64,000 bases of DNA from Thermoplasmata archaeon (GTDB taxonomy: Archaea > Thermoplasmatota > E2 > DHVEG-1). The translations under genes were made by a program, and so were the position numbers. Below are positions 9,477 through 19,613 of the stretch, piece by piece; position 1 is the stretch's first letter, and each line of letters begins with the position of its first letter. The notes under the pieces are model-generated. The model saw nothing but the letters and a program-made list of their open reading frames with translations. It was not told the origin of the DNA and did not search any database. The stretch spans positions 24,950 through 88,949 of the forward strand of contig DQIQ01000001.1 in NCBI GenBank assembly GCA_003942085.1. The letters are read 5' to 3'.

Positions 9477-10781
9477 ATGAACATACTCATCGTTGAGACC
9501 GTCTGGATGGGAGGCGCACGATACAGATTCCTTGATAAGATGCTGCTCACCGCATTCTCCATTCTTCCTACCCTGCAGGCACGGGAACTTGCTGCAATCA
9601 CCCCAAAACAACATACCATATCGGTGGTCAATGAACGATACTCACAGATTGATTATGACACCGCGTATGATGCTGTTCTGATCAATTTTGTCACCTCGAC
9701 TGCCCCACGAGCCTATGCGATTGCTGACCGCTTCCGAAAAAAAGGTGTTCCCGTCATCCTTTGCGGGTTTCATGCATCTGGACTGCCTGTTGAGGCAAAA
9801 CAACATGCAGATAGCGTCCTCATCGGCAGAAACGAATACGGCTGGTTATCGGTCCTCCAGGACATACATCAGAAAAAACTACAGCCTTTCTATCAAGCAC
9901 CACCATATGATCGCACCATGCAGCTTCCTCCAACACATGTCCAGCTCCCAGGGTTCGTCATGACTGGTGCTGTGGAAGCGACAAGAGGCTGCCCGTACCA
10001 TTGTGAGTTCTGCCCTGAGACCAACATCCCAGGTGGTTCATACCTCTTCAAACGCCCGGTTGATGAAGTGATCGATGAAATCAAAAAAATTCCTCAGAAA
10101 AACCTGATGTTCTATGACACATCGCTTACCATCGACCCGTCATACACAAAAGAATTGTTCAAAAAAATGAAAGGACTGCATAAAAAATTCTTCTGCAACG
10201 GAAACGTCGATGTCTTAGCCCATGACCCGGAACTCGTATGCCTCTCCAAAGAAGCAGGATGTGTCGCATGGCTTGTCGGGTTTGAATCAATCTGCCAGAA
10301 CACTCTTCAAGCTATCGGAAAAACAACAAACGCGGTTGATGAATACGCACTGGCAGTGCAGAATATCCACACCAATCACATGGCAGTGATCGGAGAATTC
10401 ATCTTCGGATTTGATACGGACACGCCAGAGGTATTCAAAAAAACACTCACCATGATAAAAGACCTAGACATTGACGTCGTTGATTTCTCAATACTGACAC
10501 CATTCCCAGGGACCCCCCTGTTTAATAGACTTGACAGCCAGGGGAGAATCCTGACAAAAGACTGGAAGTTCTACAACATGGGACACGCGGTTTTTACACC
10601 AAGCCACATGACCCCGAAAGAACTTGAGGAAGGCGTCCGGAGCATATTTAACGAGTTTTATGAGATGTCTTTTACCATTAAAAGAATAATCCGTGGCCTC
10701 CGATGGGGCATGTACACGTTTTTGGTTATTTTCGCACGAAACCTTGTTGCGATGATGAGCAGAGGACGACTCTCCAAATGA
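9477..10781 (+). CDS. B12-binding-domain radical SAM enzyme.
   Basis: It has an N-terminal cobalamin-binding Rossmann-like domain and the radical SAM cluster motif TRGCPYHCEFCPE. It is divergent from the PaaK-like gene. Confidence 0.75.
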   Translation: MNILIVETVWMGGARYRFLDKMLLTAFSILPTLQARELAAITPKQHTISVVNERYSQIDYDTAYDAVLINFVTSTAPRAYAIADRFRKKGVPVILCGFHASGLPVEAKQHADSVLIGRNEYGWLSVLQDIHQKKLQPFYQAPPYDRTMQLPPTHVQLPGFVMTGAVEATRGCPYHCEFCPETNIPGGSYLFKRPVDEVIDEIKKIPQKNLMFYDTSLTIDPSYTKELFKKMKGLHKKFFCNGNVDVLAHDPELVCLSKEAGCVAWLVGFESICQNTLQAIGKTTNAVDEYALAVQNIHTNHMAVIGEFIFGFDTDTPEVFKKTLTMIKDLDIDVVDFSILTPFPGTPLFNRLDSQGRILTKDWKFYNMGHAVFTPSHMTPKELEEGVRSIFNEFYEMSFTIKRIIRGLRWGMYTFLVIFARNLVAMMSRGRLSK

Positions 10782-10793
10782 GAAAAAACGGGA

Positions 10794-12284
10794 TCATATA
10801 CGTGACTTAAACACGATACTTGAGGATGTTTTCTTCCCCGTGTCATCATAAACGGTGACCGTGAGCATATGTTTTTTGAGGAAGAATGATTTTAGTGTTT
10901 TCAGTTTCGTAAAGCTAAATTCGTATGGAGCTTGCGTATCATTAGACATGACGACCCCATCAATGGAAAATTCAACTTTTGCCACAGCCGAATCATCACT
11001 CGCATTCACCGTAACAATTTTCTTTCCCAACAGGACGGTCGTATTATGTAAATAATTATTGAGAATCAATCCAATTAATTTTCTTTGTTGGAGACGTTCC
11101 AGTCTTGGTTTGCCGTTCAGATAGATTTTTCCTTTCAGAGGGGACGTTATCTGTAGCTGTGGAGGTAGATTTCCTTTTTCTACTATTTTTGTAGCGTTGG
11201 TCGCATCAGCATAGTGCGCATCAAAGGGGTTCTTGCTCGGAGGCTGCGCATATCCTTGCTGCTTTTCAGAGCTAAATACCACTCCGACGATCATCAGGTT
11301 TTCATAGTCGTATGCAGAGATGTCTTTGGTTTCTGAGAATGTTAAGTTTTTATTTCCATCCACAGAGACGTCATTTATCATCAGATACTCAAGAAAACCA
11401 TAGGAAAAGGGTTTGCTATCATATCCTGTCAAATGTGACACAATCTCTGTCAAATAAAGTTTCAGTTGACCAGAATACGTATCGTTTCCCTTGTTCTCTA
11501 CTAGCGCATGAACGGTTACCTCCTGGGTGGTATTCGAATATTGTGCGGTGATGGTGACCTTGATTTTTGGGACCGTCCGTGCTTGCGCGGCTGTAATTGC
11601 CGCAGTATAGGCTGATTCAGGATTGTCTCCGCCCATGATGACCGAATATCCACCATCAATGAAGACTGTAGGGAATCCAAAGACATTGTACTCCTTAAAA
11701 AGACGATCTGCGGTTTGGGTATTGGTGGCGTTTATGAGGCTGATGTAGTAAAATCGATAATTATGGCTCTCGTAGAGGGTATGAAGGATGTTTGCGACAT
11801 TGGGGCAGTTGTTGCACCAGGTCGCGGTTGCTTCTTCGATGAATACGGTATGGATAAGGGTTTCATTCCCCGGGTTGCCTCCACCTGGATTCACCGTGAT
11901 GGTATAATATCGAGAGCCATCCATAGAAGGATCCCCGACGGGTCCGTTTCCTGCAGCGTCATCTGCAGTGATATAGTAATAATAGTTACTAGTGGCACTT
12001 GAAGGGATATCAAGGGTGGTACTCCCATTAAGGATCGATGTTGATCTCCAATCTGCTACATCAGCAGCTTTATAATATAAAGTCGCAACTGTGACGTTCA
12101 CATCATCAGTAAAAATAGCAGAAATAGTGGCGGTCTGACCCGCGGTGACCGTAAGGTTTCCTGTGATATTGTCAATCTGCGGAGGTTCTGTATCCTTGTC
12201 ACCAGTAAATACAATGACATACGCTGATGCGCCAAGGAGCATTCCTATGATGATAAGGAGTAATATTTTTCCAATTAGTCTCAT
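10794..12284 (-). CDS. Secreted or surface protein with N-terminal Ig-like domains and a thioredoxin-like CNNC domain.
   Basis: It has a signal or anchor (LLLIIIGMLLGASAYVIV), many NxT/S sequons, and an ATWCNNCPNV...FGFPTVFIDGG thioredoxin-like segment. A TATA-like element (ctttatatatt) lies upstream. Confidence 0.5.
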   Translation of the reverse strand: MRLIGKILLLIIIGMLLGASAYVIVFTGDKDTEPPQIDNITGNLTVTAGQTATISAIFTDDVNVTVATLYYKAADVADWRSTSILNGSTTLDIPSSATSNYYYYITADDAAGNGPVGDPSMDGSRYYTITVNPGGGNPGNETLIHTVFIEEATATWCNNCPNVANILHTLYESHNYRFYYISLINATNTQTADRLFKEYNVFGFPTVFIDGGYSVIMGGDNPESAYTAAITAAQARTVPKIKVTITAQYSNTTQEVTVHALVENKGNDTYSGQLKLYLTEIVSHLTGYDSKPFSYGFLEYLMINDVSVDGNKNLTFSETKDISAYDYENLMIVGVVFSSEKQQGYAQPPSKNPFDAHYADATNATKIVEKGNLPPQLQITSPLKGKIYLNGKPRLERLQQRKLIGLILNNYLHNTTVLLGKKIVTVNASDDSAVAKVEFSIDGVVMSNDTQAPYEFSFTKLKTLKSFFLKKHMLTVTVYDDTGKKTSSSIVFKSRI

Positions 12285-12479
12285 ATCTAGTAATTAATAT
12301 ACACATGCTTTATATATTAAATTTACTCTTGCGATATAAATAGGGAAAAAAAGGGAAAATATCGTGGAAATCTCCAGTAGATTTCGTCCGATTTAACTCT
12401 ATTTTTTATGATTTCATATTGTTGAAAATAAGATGTATCGAGTTAAAAAATCAAACATTTGGTCCCTTCCAAAAAATGG

Positions 12480-13322
12480 TTATTCTTTCAAATGATATAG
12501 ATTGTTTTTCTTTGAGATGATCTCTTCGCGTATGAGTTTTTCAAGGATCGGTTGAAGTCGTGAAGTACCGGCGCTGAGTGTTCTTTTGATATCTTTAAAA
12601 GTGACATCGTCCTGTAAAAGGATCCTGATGATACGGCCGCGCAGTTGCCGATCTGATCCTTCGAACCGAGACTGTTGTGTTTTTGGTTTTATCCCTGTCT
12701 TTTTTGATGTAAGATAGAGCGCTCCGTAATCCATTAGTGCGTTATGCCAGTCCCGGCTTTTACCCGTTGGCAGACATCGTTTTGCAAGCTCCCAGAGTGC
12801 TTTATCCGTAACCGTCTCAGGAAGTTTGAACTCTTTGATGAGTATCCGTCGGATGTTGGTATCAACCGTGATTAGATCAGCGTTTGTTGAAAAGATCTGC
12901 ACTGCCTGCGACGTGTATTTCCCAACACCAGGGACATCCTTGTATTGTTTCATTGCCTTTATCACGTCACCTTCATACTTTGCAACAATTTTTCGAGCAG
13001 CTTTATGCAGATTTACCGCCCTGGTGTTGTAACCCAAACCCATCCAGGCCTCTAACACCTCAGGAAGCGAAGCTGCGGCAAGCGCATCAATAGTTGGCCA
13101 TCTGGTTATCCATTTCTCATAATACAACAATGCTCGGTTCACCTGTGTCTGTTGCAGCATAAGCTCAGAGAGGAGGATCTTGTATGGATCAAACGTCTTG
13201 CGCCAGGGCAGCTTTCGTCTGTGTTTTTTATAAAAAGAAAAAACTTTTTTTTGGAGCCGCTGGATTTTTTCCTGCGGGAGGTCTTTTAAATCAATCGTCG
13301 AAGTAATCCTGGGAGCAGGCAT
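12480..13322 (-). CDS. HhH-GPD family DNA glycosylase (Nth/MutY-like, no 4Fe-4S motif) with a C-terminal winged-helix-like tail.
   Basis: The LSELMLQQTQV helix, the HhH segment LPEVLEAWMGLGYNTRAVNLHKAA and the VPGVGKYTSQAV GPD loop are present. Confidence 0.65.
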   Translation of the reverse strand: MPAPRITSTIDLKDLPQEKIQRLQKKVFSFYKKHRRKLPWRKTFDPYKILLSELMLQQTQVNRALLYYEKWITRWPTIDALAAASLPEVLEAWMGLGYNTRAVNLHKAARKIVAKYEGDVIKAMKQYKDVPGVGKYTSQAVQIFSTNADLITVDTNIRRILIKEFKLPETVTDKALWELAKRCLPTGKSRDWHNALMDYGALYLTSKKTGIKPKTQQSRFEGSDRQLRGRIIRILLQDDVTFKDIKRTLSAGTSRLQPILEKLIREEIISKKNNLYHLKE

Positions 13323-13420
13323 AGTTTTTTTGATAATTACCTATGTTATTAATATGATTTTTGCTTGATTCATTATTTGGGAAGGTTTTTGAATGTTTGT
13401 TGTATAAAGATACCTCTCTT

Positions 13421-14332
13421 ATGAAACGATATAACCTTACTCATCTGCAGAAACTTGAAGCAGAATCAATCTACGTCATCCGTGAGGTCGCTGCACAATT
13501 CGAACGACCGGTGCTGCTCTTCTCAGGTGGAAAAGACTCAATCGTTCTTGGACATCTTTCCCGAAAGGCATTTTATCCTGCGAAAATCCCCTATCCTTTT
13601 CTGCATATTGATACCGGACATAACTTCCCTGAAGTACTCCTTTTCAGAGATGCTTTTGCAAAAAACCTTGACATCAGAATACTTGTTGGCTCTGTTCAAC
13701 GATCCATTGACACCGGACGGGTCAAAGAAGAAACCGGAAAACATGCGAGCCGGAACTATCTTCAGTCGATCACGCTGCTTGACACCATCCATGAGTATAA
13801 ATTCGACGCGGCAATCGGTGGCGGGCGAAGGGATGAGGAAAAATCCCGTGCCAAAGAACGATTCTTCTCTCATCGCAATGATTTTGGACAATGGGACCCG
13901 AAAAACCAACGGCCTGAGCTATGGGATCTCTACAATGGACGAAAACACCATGGTGAACATTTCCGGGTATTTCCGTTGAGCAACTGGACTGAGCTTGATA
14001 TCTGGCAGTACATCCTCAAAGAACACATTCAGATCCCTCTGATTTATTTCTCCCATACCCGAGACTGTATCATCCGGGACGGTGTCATCTACGCTTACTC
14101 TGACTACCTCCATCTTGATGATGCTGAAAAGAAAACAGTACAACCCATGACGGTTCGGTTCCGCACGGTCGGAGACATGACTTGTACAGGGGCAGTACAA
14201 TCAAAGGCACATACGCTTGAAGACATCGTCCGAGAGGTCGCTACCTATCGCATCTCAGAACGGGGAACCCGAGCTGACGACCGTCGATCGGAAAACTCTC
14301 TTGAGGACCGGAAAAAGGAGGGATACTTCTAG
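13421..14332 (+). CDS. cysD: Sulfate adenylyltransferase subunit 2.
   Basis: LEAESIYVIREVAAQFERPVLLFSGGKDS PP-loop. It is followed 2 nt later by cysN. Confidence 0.85.
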   Translation: MKRYNLTHLQKLEAESIYVIREVAAQFERPVLLFSGGKDSIVLGHLSRKAFYPAKIPYPFLHIDTGHNFPEVLLFRDAFAKNLDIRILVGSVQRSIDTGRVKEETGKHASRNYLQSITLLDTIHEYKFDAAIGGGRRDEEKSRAKERFFSHRNDFGQWDPKNQRPELWDLYNGRKHHGEHFRVFPLSNWTELDIWQYILKEHIQIPLIYFSHTRDCIIRDGVIYAYSDYLHLDDAEKKTVQPMTVRFRTVGDMTCTGAVQSKAHTLEDIVREVATYRISERGTRADDRRSENSLEDRKKEGYF

Positions 14333-14334
14333 CA

Positions 14335-15644
14335 TGGATGAAAAAAGCTATCTTGATATGGATCTACTTCGATTCACCACTGCTGGAAGCGTTGATGACG
14401 GAAAAAGCACGCTGATCGGCAGGCTTCTTTACGACAGTAAAACCCTCTTTGAGGACCAGCTGGAAAACCTAGAGCGACTGAGCCAGCAACGCGGCGAAGA
14501 ACTCAACCTTGCCTTGCTCACCGATGGCCTGCGGGCAGAACGAGAACAAGGGATCACCATCGATGTCGCATATCGATACTTTGCAACCCCGGTTCGAAAA
14601 TTCATCATCGCAGACACCCCTGGCCACATCCAGTATACCCGCAACATGGTTACCGGAGCATCTACGGCGAACCTTGCATTGATCCTTGTGGACGCTCGTA
14701 ATGGAGTCACCGAACAAACCCACCGTCATATTTTCCTTGCCTCGCTCCTCCAGATCCCACACTTCGCCATCTGCATAAACAAGATGGATCTTGTCAGCTA
14801 CAAACAAGCGATATATGACGCCATCAAAAACGAAATACAGGATTTCATCTCAAAGCTCGCAGTCCCAGATATCACGTTCATTCCTATCAGTGCGTTACTT
14901 GGCGATAACGTGGTCCATGCCTCAAAAAACATGCAGTGGTATCATGGTCCTACCTTGCTATACCATCTTGAAGACGTCCACATCGGCAGTGACGAAAACC
15001 TTGTCGATTGTCGGTTCCCCGTCCAATTTGTCATCAGACCACGATCCGACACTTACCATGATTACCGAGGGTACGCAGGAAAAATCGCAAGCGGGATCTT
15101 CAAACCTGGGGACAGTGTCACTATTCTTCCATCCGGTTTTTCGACGACGATCAAATCGATTGAAGGCCCACAAGGAGAAATCACTGAAGCGTTCCCTCCG
15201 ATGTCTGTCGTCATGCAGCTCACTGACGATCTTGATATCAGCCGCGGGGATATGCTTGTCCGCCAGCATAACACTCCTTTTATCGGTCAGAACCTTGATT
15301 TCATGATCTGCTGGATGAACATAAAACCACTCACCGCGGGGACCAGGTACATTGTACGCCACACTACCAGGGAAACAAAAGGGATAATCAAAGAGATCCA
15401 ATATAAAATCGATATCAACACGTTGCATCGGATCCCTGATGCAACAAAGCTAGAGCTCAACGAAATCGGACGTATCTCGATGAGAACGGCACAACCATTG
15501 TTCTATGATAGTTATCAGCATAATCGAGCCACTGGCAGCATCATCCTCATCGATGAAACAACCAATGAGACGGTTGGTGCAGGGATGATCCGGGAACCTT
15601 CCGCTGCTGTTTCTGAAAAGAAAAAAAAGGAACAAGAAAAATGA
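14335..15644 (+). CDS. cysN: Sulfate adenylyltransferase subunit 1 (GTPase).
   Basis: The GTPase motifs are FTTAGSVDDGKST G1, DTPGH and NKMD. Its stop overlaps the cysC start (ATGA). Confidence 0.85.
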
Positions 15645-16177
15645 ACAAACATCAGGGTTTCACTATCTGGTTTACAGGTCTGCCCTGCTGCGGAAAAACA
15701 ACCATCGCAGACCAATTAGCCATACTTCTAAAAAAGAAGGATTACATGGTAGAACGACTCGATGGTGATATCGTTCGCCAGGGCTTTGCCAATGATCTCG
15801 GTTTTTCGGAAAAAGACAGAGATGAAAATATCAAACGAGTCACTTTTATTGCAAAAATGCTCACCCGTAACAACGTAGTGGTGCTCGCAAGCTTTGTATC
15901 ACCGTACAAAAAACAACGAAGAAAAGCACGAAAGGAAATAAAAAATTTCATCGAAGTGTATGTAAAATGCCCTGTGAAGATCTGCATGAAGCGCGACGTC
16001 AAAGGCATGTACCAAAAAGCCCTTGAAGGAAAAATCAAGCATTTCACGGGTGTCGATGATCCGTACGAAGAACCTGAGCATCCGGAGCTCATCCTGAATA
16101 CCGATACAGAATCCGTTGAAGAAAGCGTCAGAAAGGTTTTAGAAAAAATAGAAGAACTCGGGTATATCACCCGGTAA
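15641..16177 (+). CDS. cysC: Adenylylsulfate (APS) kinase.
   Basis: FTIWFTGLPCCGKTTIA P-loop. It is translationally coupled to cysN. Confidence 0.85.
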   Translation: MNKHQGFTIWFTGLPCCGKTTIADQLAILLKKKDYMVERLDGDIVRQGFANDLGFSEKDRDENIKRVTFIAKMLTRNNVVVLASFVSPYKKQRRKARKEIKNFIEVYVKCPVKICMKRDVKGMYQKALEGKIKHFTGVDDPYEEPEHPELILNTDTESVEESVRKVLEKIEELGYITR

Positions 16178-16186
16178 GGAAAAGAC

Positions 16187-17152
16187 ATGGGAATCAACCC
16201 CGATGAAGAATTCCTCCAGGATCTACAGCAGGTTTCCTTCCAACCGGTTTTTATCCTCGGGCTGCATCGTTCAGGAACCAGTATTTTATACAAGATGCTC
16301 TCCGCGACAGGGTCCTTTAATCCGGTCACCGCGTATCATCTAATCAATTACCATGAACTGCTTGCAAATCATCATCTGAAAAAGGAAGAAGCTGCAAAAC
16401 AGCACCTGACGCAATCATTCAAAAATAAAGGCTTGACGGACAGAGGAATTGACCAATTGAAACTAACCGCGGATTTTGCAGAAGAATACGGGTTTCTCCT
16501 CAATACCCGGACCATGCAGATGTTCCTTACCAGAAAAAACGTCGCACTCTTTACAGAGATGTGCAAAAAAATCCAGTACATCGCAGGGAATGACAAACCA
16601 ATCCTTCTTAAGAATCCCTATGATTTTCTGAATTTCCTCTCCATCAAACAGGTGTTCCCCAACGCCAGATTTGTTTTTATCCATCGCCATCCGCTCAAGA
16701 CCATAAGTTCGACATTGAACGCCATCCGGATGATATTGAACGAAAAAAACCCATATACTGCACGGTTGTCCAGGTTATATGACAGATCCTATGACAATCC
16801 CCTGCTGCTTTGGCCGCTTCGGTTCATCTTTTGCACCATCCCAGAATGGGGCGTGGTCCTTATCACCAGAATCACTGCAAAAGCGGTAAAGTATTATCTG
16901 AAAAATATTGAGAAATTACCGTCAGAGGATTACCTCTCCATTACCTATGAAGAGCTATGTGAACATCCGCAGGAAACTTTGGAATACATCATGGAAAGAC
17001 TGTCCCTGCGCATGAGCGAAAAAGTCGATGTCGCATCACTTATGAGCCCGCGTACCGTAGACGTCGATGGTTCTGTTCAAAAACTTCGAGTATATATCTA
17101 TAAGTCAATGAAGTCTTATTTTGATATGTTTCATTATCTGAGAGAGGGATAG
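16187..17152 (+). CDS. PAPS-dependent sulfotransferase family protein.
   Basis: PVFILGLHRSGTSILYKML is the 5'-PSB loop of sulfotransferases and FVFIHRHPLKTISS is a 3'-PB-like motif. It sits directly downstream of cysDNC, and no cysH is present. Confidence 0.65.
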   Translation: MGINPDEEFLQDLQQVSFQPVFILGLHRSGTSILYKMLSATGSFNPVTAYHLINYHELLANHHLKKEEAAKQHLTQSFKNKGLTDRGIDQLKLTADFAEEYGFLLNTRTMQMFLTRKNVALFTEMCKKIQYIAGNDKPILLKNPYDFLNFLSIKQVFPNARFVFIHRHPLKTISSTLNAIRMILNEKNPYTARLSRLYDRSYDNPLLLWPLRFIFCTIPEWGVVLITRITAKAVKYYLKNIEKLPSEDYLSITYEELCEHPQETLEYIMERLSLRMSEKVDVASLMSPRTVDVDGSVQKLRVYIYKSMKSYFDMFHYLREG

Positions 17153-17169
17153 GAGAGAATTACTTCTTT

Positions 17170-18216
17170 TTATTTGTGTACGTTTTGGATTTCCTGCTCG
17201 ATTCTTGCTAAGATTTTATTCTGATTCCCGGCATCGTACCGCTGCAGGTTTTCATAATAGAATCCTAGGTTGGATAAGAAGTGTCGAAGGTCGTCTTCAC
17301 AGAACTTCTGGTGTGAAATCCCGACACCCAACCGCTCGATACATCTTGCATTGAAAACTTGTTCAAACTGATGGCGGATCGGTAATGAAAAAATCGGTTT
17401 CTTCAGATATAATGCTTCACTAATGACGGTAAAACCACCGTTCACCATCACTGCTTTCGAAGATGCGATATCGTGATAAAACTCATCTTCGTTGAATCGT
17501 TTAAAAATCAGATTCCCCGTAGTTATTTCTCTGTTGAAGCCGTAAATGACAAACGTTTCATCGAACTTTTTCAGAGAATCAAAAAGATATGTAAAGGACA
17601 GTGATGTTTGATAGACAAAGATGTGATCCTCAGATGTTGACGTATGACTCCGTATCCCTGGTTGAATCAATGGTTTTGAAAATAACACCTGGGGATTATT
17701 GATTTGTTCATCGAAAAAATCATAGATGATGTATTTATCAGCGCCGAAAAGAGATAATTTTAATGCGAAAAATAGGAAAAGCCAAGAGGGATATTCCCTT
17801 TTTTTTATCGGATACTTCCGATAGAGTAACGCAGAGGGATTGTCAATGCTTATCCGTTTAATACCGCTGAATCGTGCAGCAAAATGACTAATTGGTTCAG
17901 CATCGGTGATGAGAAGATCAGGTTGAAACTCTTTCATAAGATGCCTGACTTTGAAGAATGAAACCGGGGTGCGGACCATCGTTTTATACAAGTTATGCAG
18001 GAGTGTGTAGAGTATCCTTACTTGATTGCATTGGTAGAATGCTTGTGGCGATTCAACCTTAAGGACTTGGTCAAACTCTTTTGATAACACCGAATAGGCT
18101 TTCCCGCCTGCGATAATGTAAACCTCATGACCATGTTGTTGGAGAAAACGGATCAGTATTCGACTGCGGCTTGCATGCCCCAGTCCTTCCCCGCAGACAC
18201 CATAGAGAATCTTCAT
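17170..18216 (-). CDS. GT-B fold glycosyltransferase (GT28/MGT-like). The start is taken at MKILYGV.
   Basis: N-terminal YGVCGEGLGHASRSRIL and C-terminal MVNGGFTVISEALYLKKPIFSLP are typical of the MurG/MGT GT-B family. It is convergent with the sulfotransferase. Confidence 0.6.
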   Translation of the reverse strand: MKILYGVCGEGLGHASRSRILIRFLQQHGHEVYIIAGGKAYSVLSKEFDQVLKVESPQAFYQCNQVRILYTLLHNLYKTMVRTPVSFFKVRHLMKEFQPDLLITDAEPISHFAARFSGIKRISIDNPSALLYRKYPIKKREYPSWLFLFFALKLSLFGADKYIIYDFFDEQINNPQVLFSKPLIQPGIRSHTSTSEDHIFVYQTSLSFTYLFDSLKKFDETFVIYGFNREITTGNLIFKRFNEDEFYHDIASSKAVMVNGGFTVISEALYLKKPIFSLPIRHQFEQVFNARCIERLGVGISHQKFCEDDLRHFLSNLGFYYENLQRYDAGNQNKILARIEQEIQNVHK

Positions 18217-18272
18217 AAAATCTCTCCCCGCATGAAAGTCTCTAACCATTTTTTTATTAATAAATCCTTTTG

Positions 18273-19505
18273 TTATAATATTCTGTGAAACGGGAAATCC
18301 TGATACCCGATTACTCCGACCCATATAGTTTGATTGAACCCCGGGATTGTTATGTTCGCTCGTAAAATCAGTTGAAGCCGATCAGGAAGCAATCGTTCCC
18401 CAAAACGAGGCCAAAGTTGAGATAACGGGATAAGCATATCCCCTTGGAGAATCGTGGTATTCTGTGAAGAGATAACACCGTCAGCCAATGTACCGTTGCT
18501 TAACAGTCGCGTCTTGTTTCTATCAATCCGATATATTTTCACAGTGATATCAGTCGCCAGGAACGTCAGTTTATTCGGATTTTTTATCTCGAAAATGATC
18601 TGATCATGTAATCCTCCTCTAATAGTGTATTTGTATTTACCGGTAAGAGACGCATCGGTTGGGAGATCTGAAAGAAGCTTTTCGAGACGAGGGGGAACGA
18701 TGTCTGCATCCACGGTAAGGTTCATTGATTTTCTGATGCCTGCAACGAAGACGGTAATATCACCATGTAGGGTCATTCGCAGTGTCTTTGCATCTAATGC
18801 CTTCAGCAGCAGCTGTCCGCTTCCTGCCAGTTGTTGAGATGTTTTTGCAGGGATCATTTTTCCAGGGATTGTGACGGTTCCTACCTGAGTCCCTGTTTCA
18901 GTTTCAACGTTTGCAGAGAGGTTTTCTATCGCCATGTCAATCGAGTACGGGTTGGTGATTTCCAGGATACCGGTAAAGTTTACACCTTCTTGGGTGATTT
19001 CGCTAAAGTTACCCGCCAGGTAGATTTGAGGGAGTGTAAATTGATCAATGATATTGTTCAGAGAGGTAATCATCGAGAATTTCAGGGGAAGCGTTTTCTT
19101 TATTAATCCAAGGAACAGAACACCGACCGTTCCGGTGATTCTACTCGTCAGTTGATTGGGAATTGTCCCGTTGAATTGTATGGTTGCTGTCGAGGTAAAC
19201 GTCCTGTTTTCATGTGAGCGGGTCTCCCCGCCTTCTATGAAGAGGTTGTTGATGACATCCCCGCTGTCGGTCATTGTGACTATCGTGATGTTTTGTACAA
19301 ATATGGAGAATGGATTTTGGTTGTTGACCCAGAGCGTTGTCTGGAGCACTGCTTCGTTTGCATCAAGATCGATAAGCTTGAGTGCTATGGTTGTTTCCGG
19401 GAGATTCATGGTCTGAATATCAAGAAAAATAAATGCTCCTGCTATGATATTGAGGATTGTAGCTGAAACTAAGATAATCACTATTAATTTTTTCATAGCT
19501 CCCAT
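18273..19505 (-). CDS. Membrane-anchored protein with three LEA-2/WHy-like repeats.
   Basis: It has an N-terminal anchor followed by three roughly 120-aa modules with an (I/L)xNPN...(I/V)x(I/V) pattern, for example FEIKNPNKLTFLATDITVKIY. This is a weak similarity call. Confidence 0.3.
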   Translation of the reverse strand: MGAMKKLIVIILVSATILNIIAGAFIFLDIQTMNLPETTIALKLIDLDANEAVLQTTLWVNNQNPFSIFVQNITIVTMTDSGDVINNLFIEGGETRSHENRTFTSTATIQFNGTIPNQLTSRITGTVGVLFLGLIKKTLPLKFSMITSLNNIIDQFTLPQIYLAGNFSEITQEGVNFTGILEITNPYSIDMAIENLSANVETETGTQVGTVTIPGKMIPAKTSQQLAGSGQLLLKALDAKTLRMTLHGDITVFVAGIRKSMNLTVDADIVPPRLEKLLSDLPTDASLTGKYKYTIRGGLHDQIIFEIKNPNKLTFLATDITVKIYRIDRNKTRLLSNGTLADGVISSQNTTILQGDMLIPLSQLWPRFGERLLPDRLQLILRANITIPGFNQTIWVGVIGYQDFPFHRIL

Positions 19506-19613
19506 TATTGAAATAAAATACCTATATTTATAAGATATTTCCTATATTAATATACTTTTCTTACGATAACAGCAAAAAAACAAGAATATATAGGAGGATT
19601 CCTTAGCGACAGT

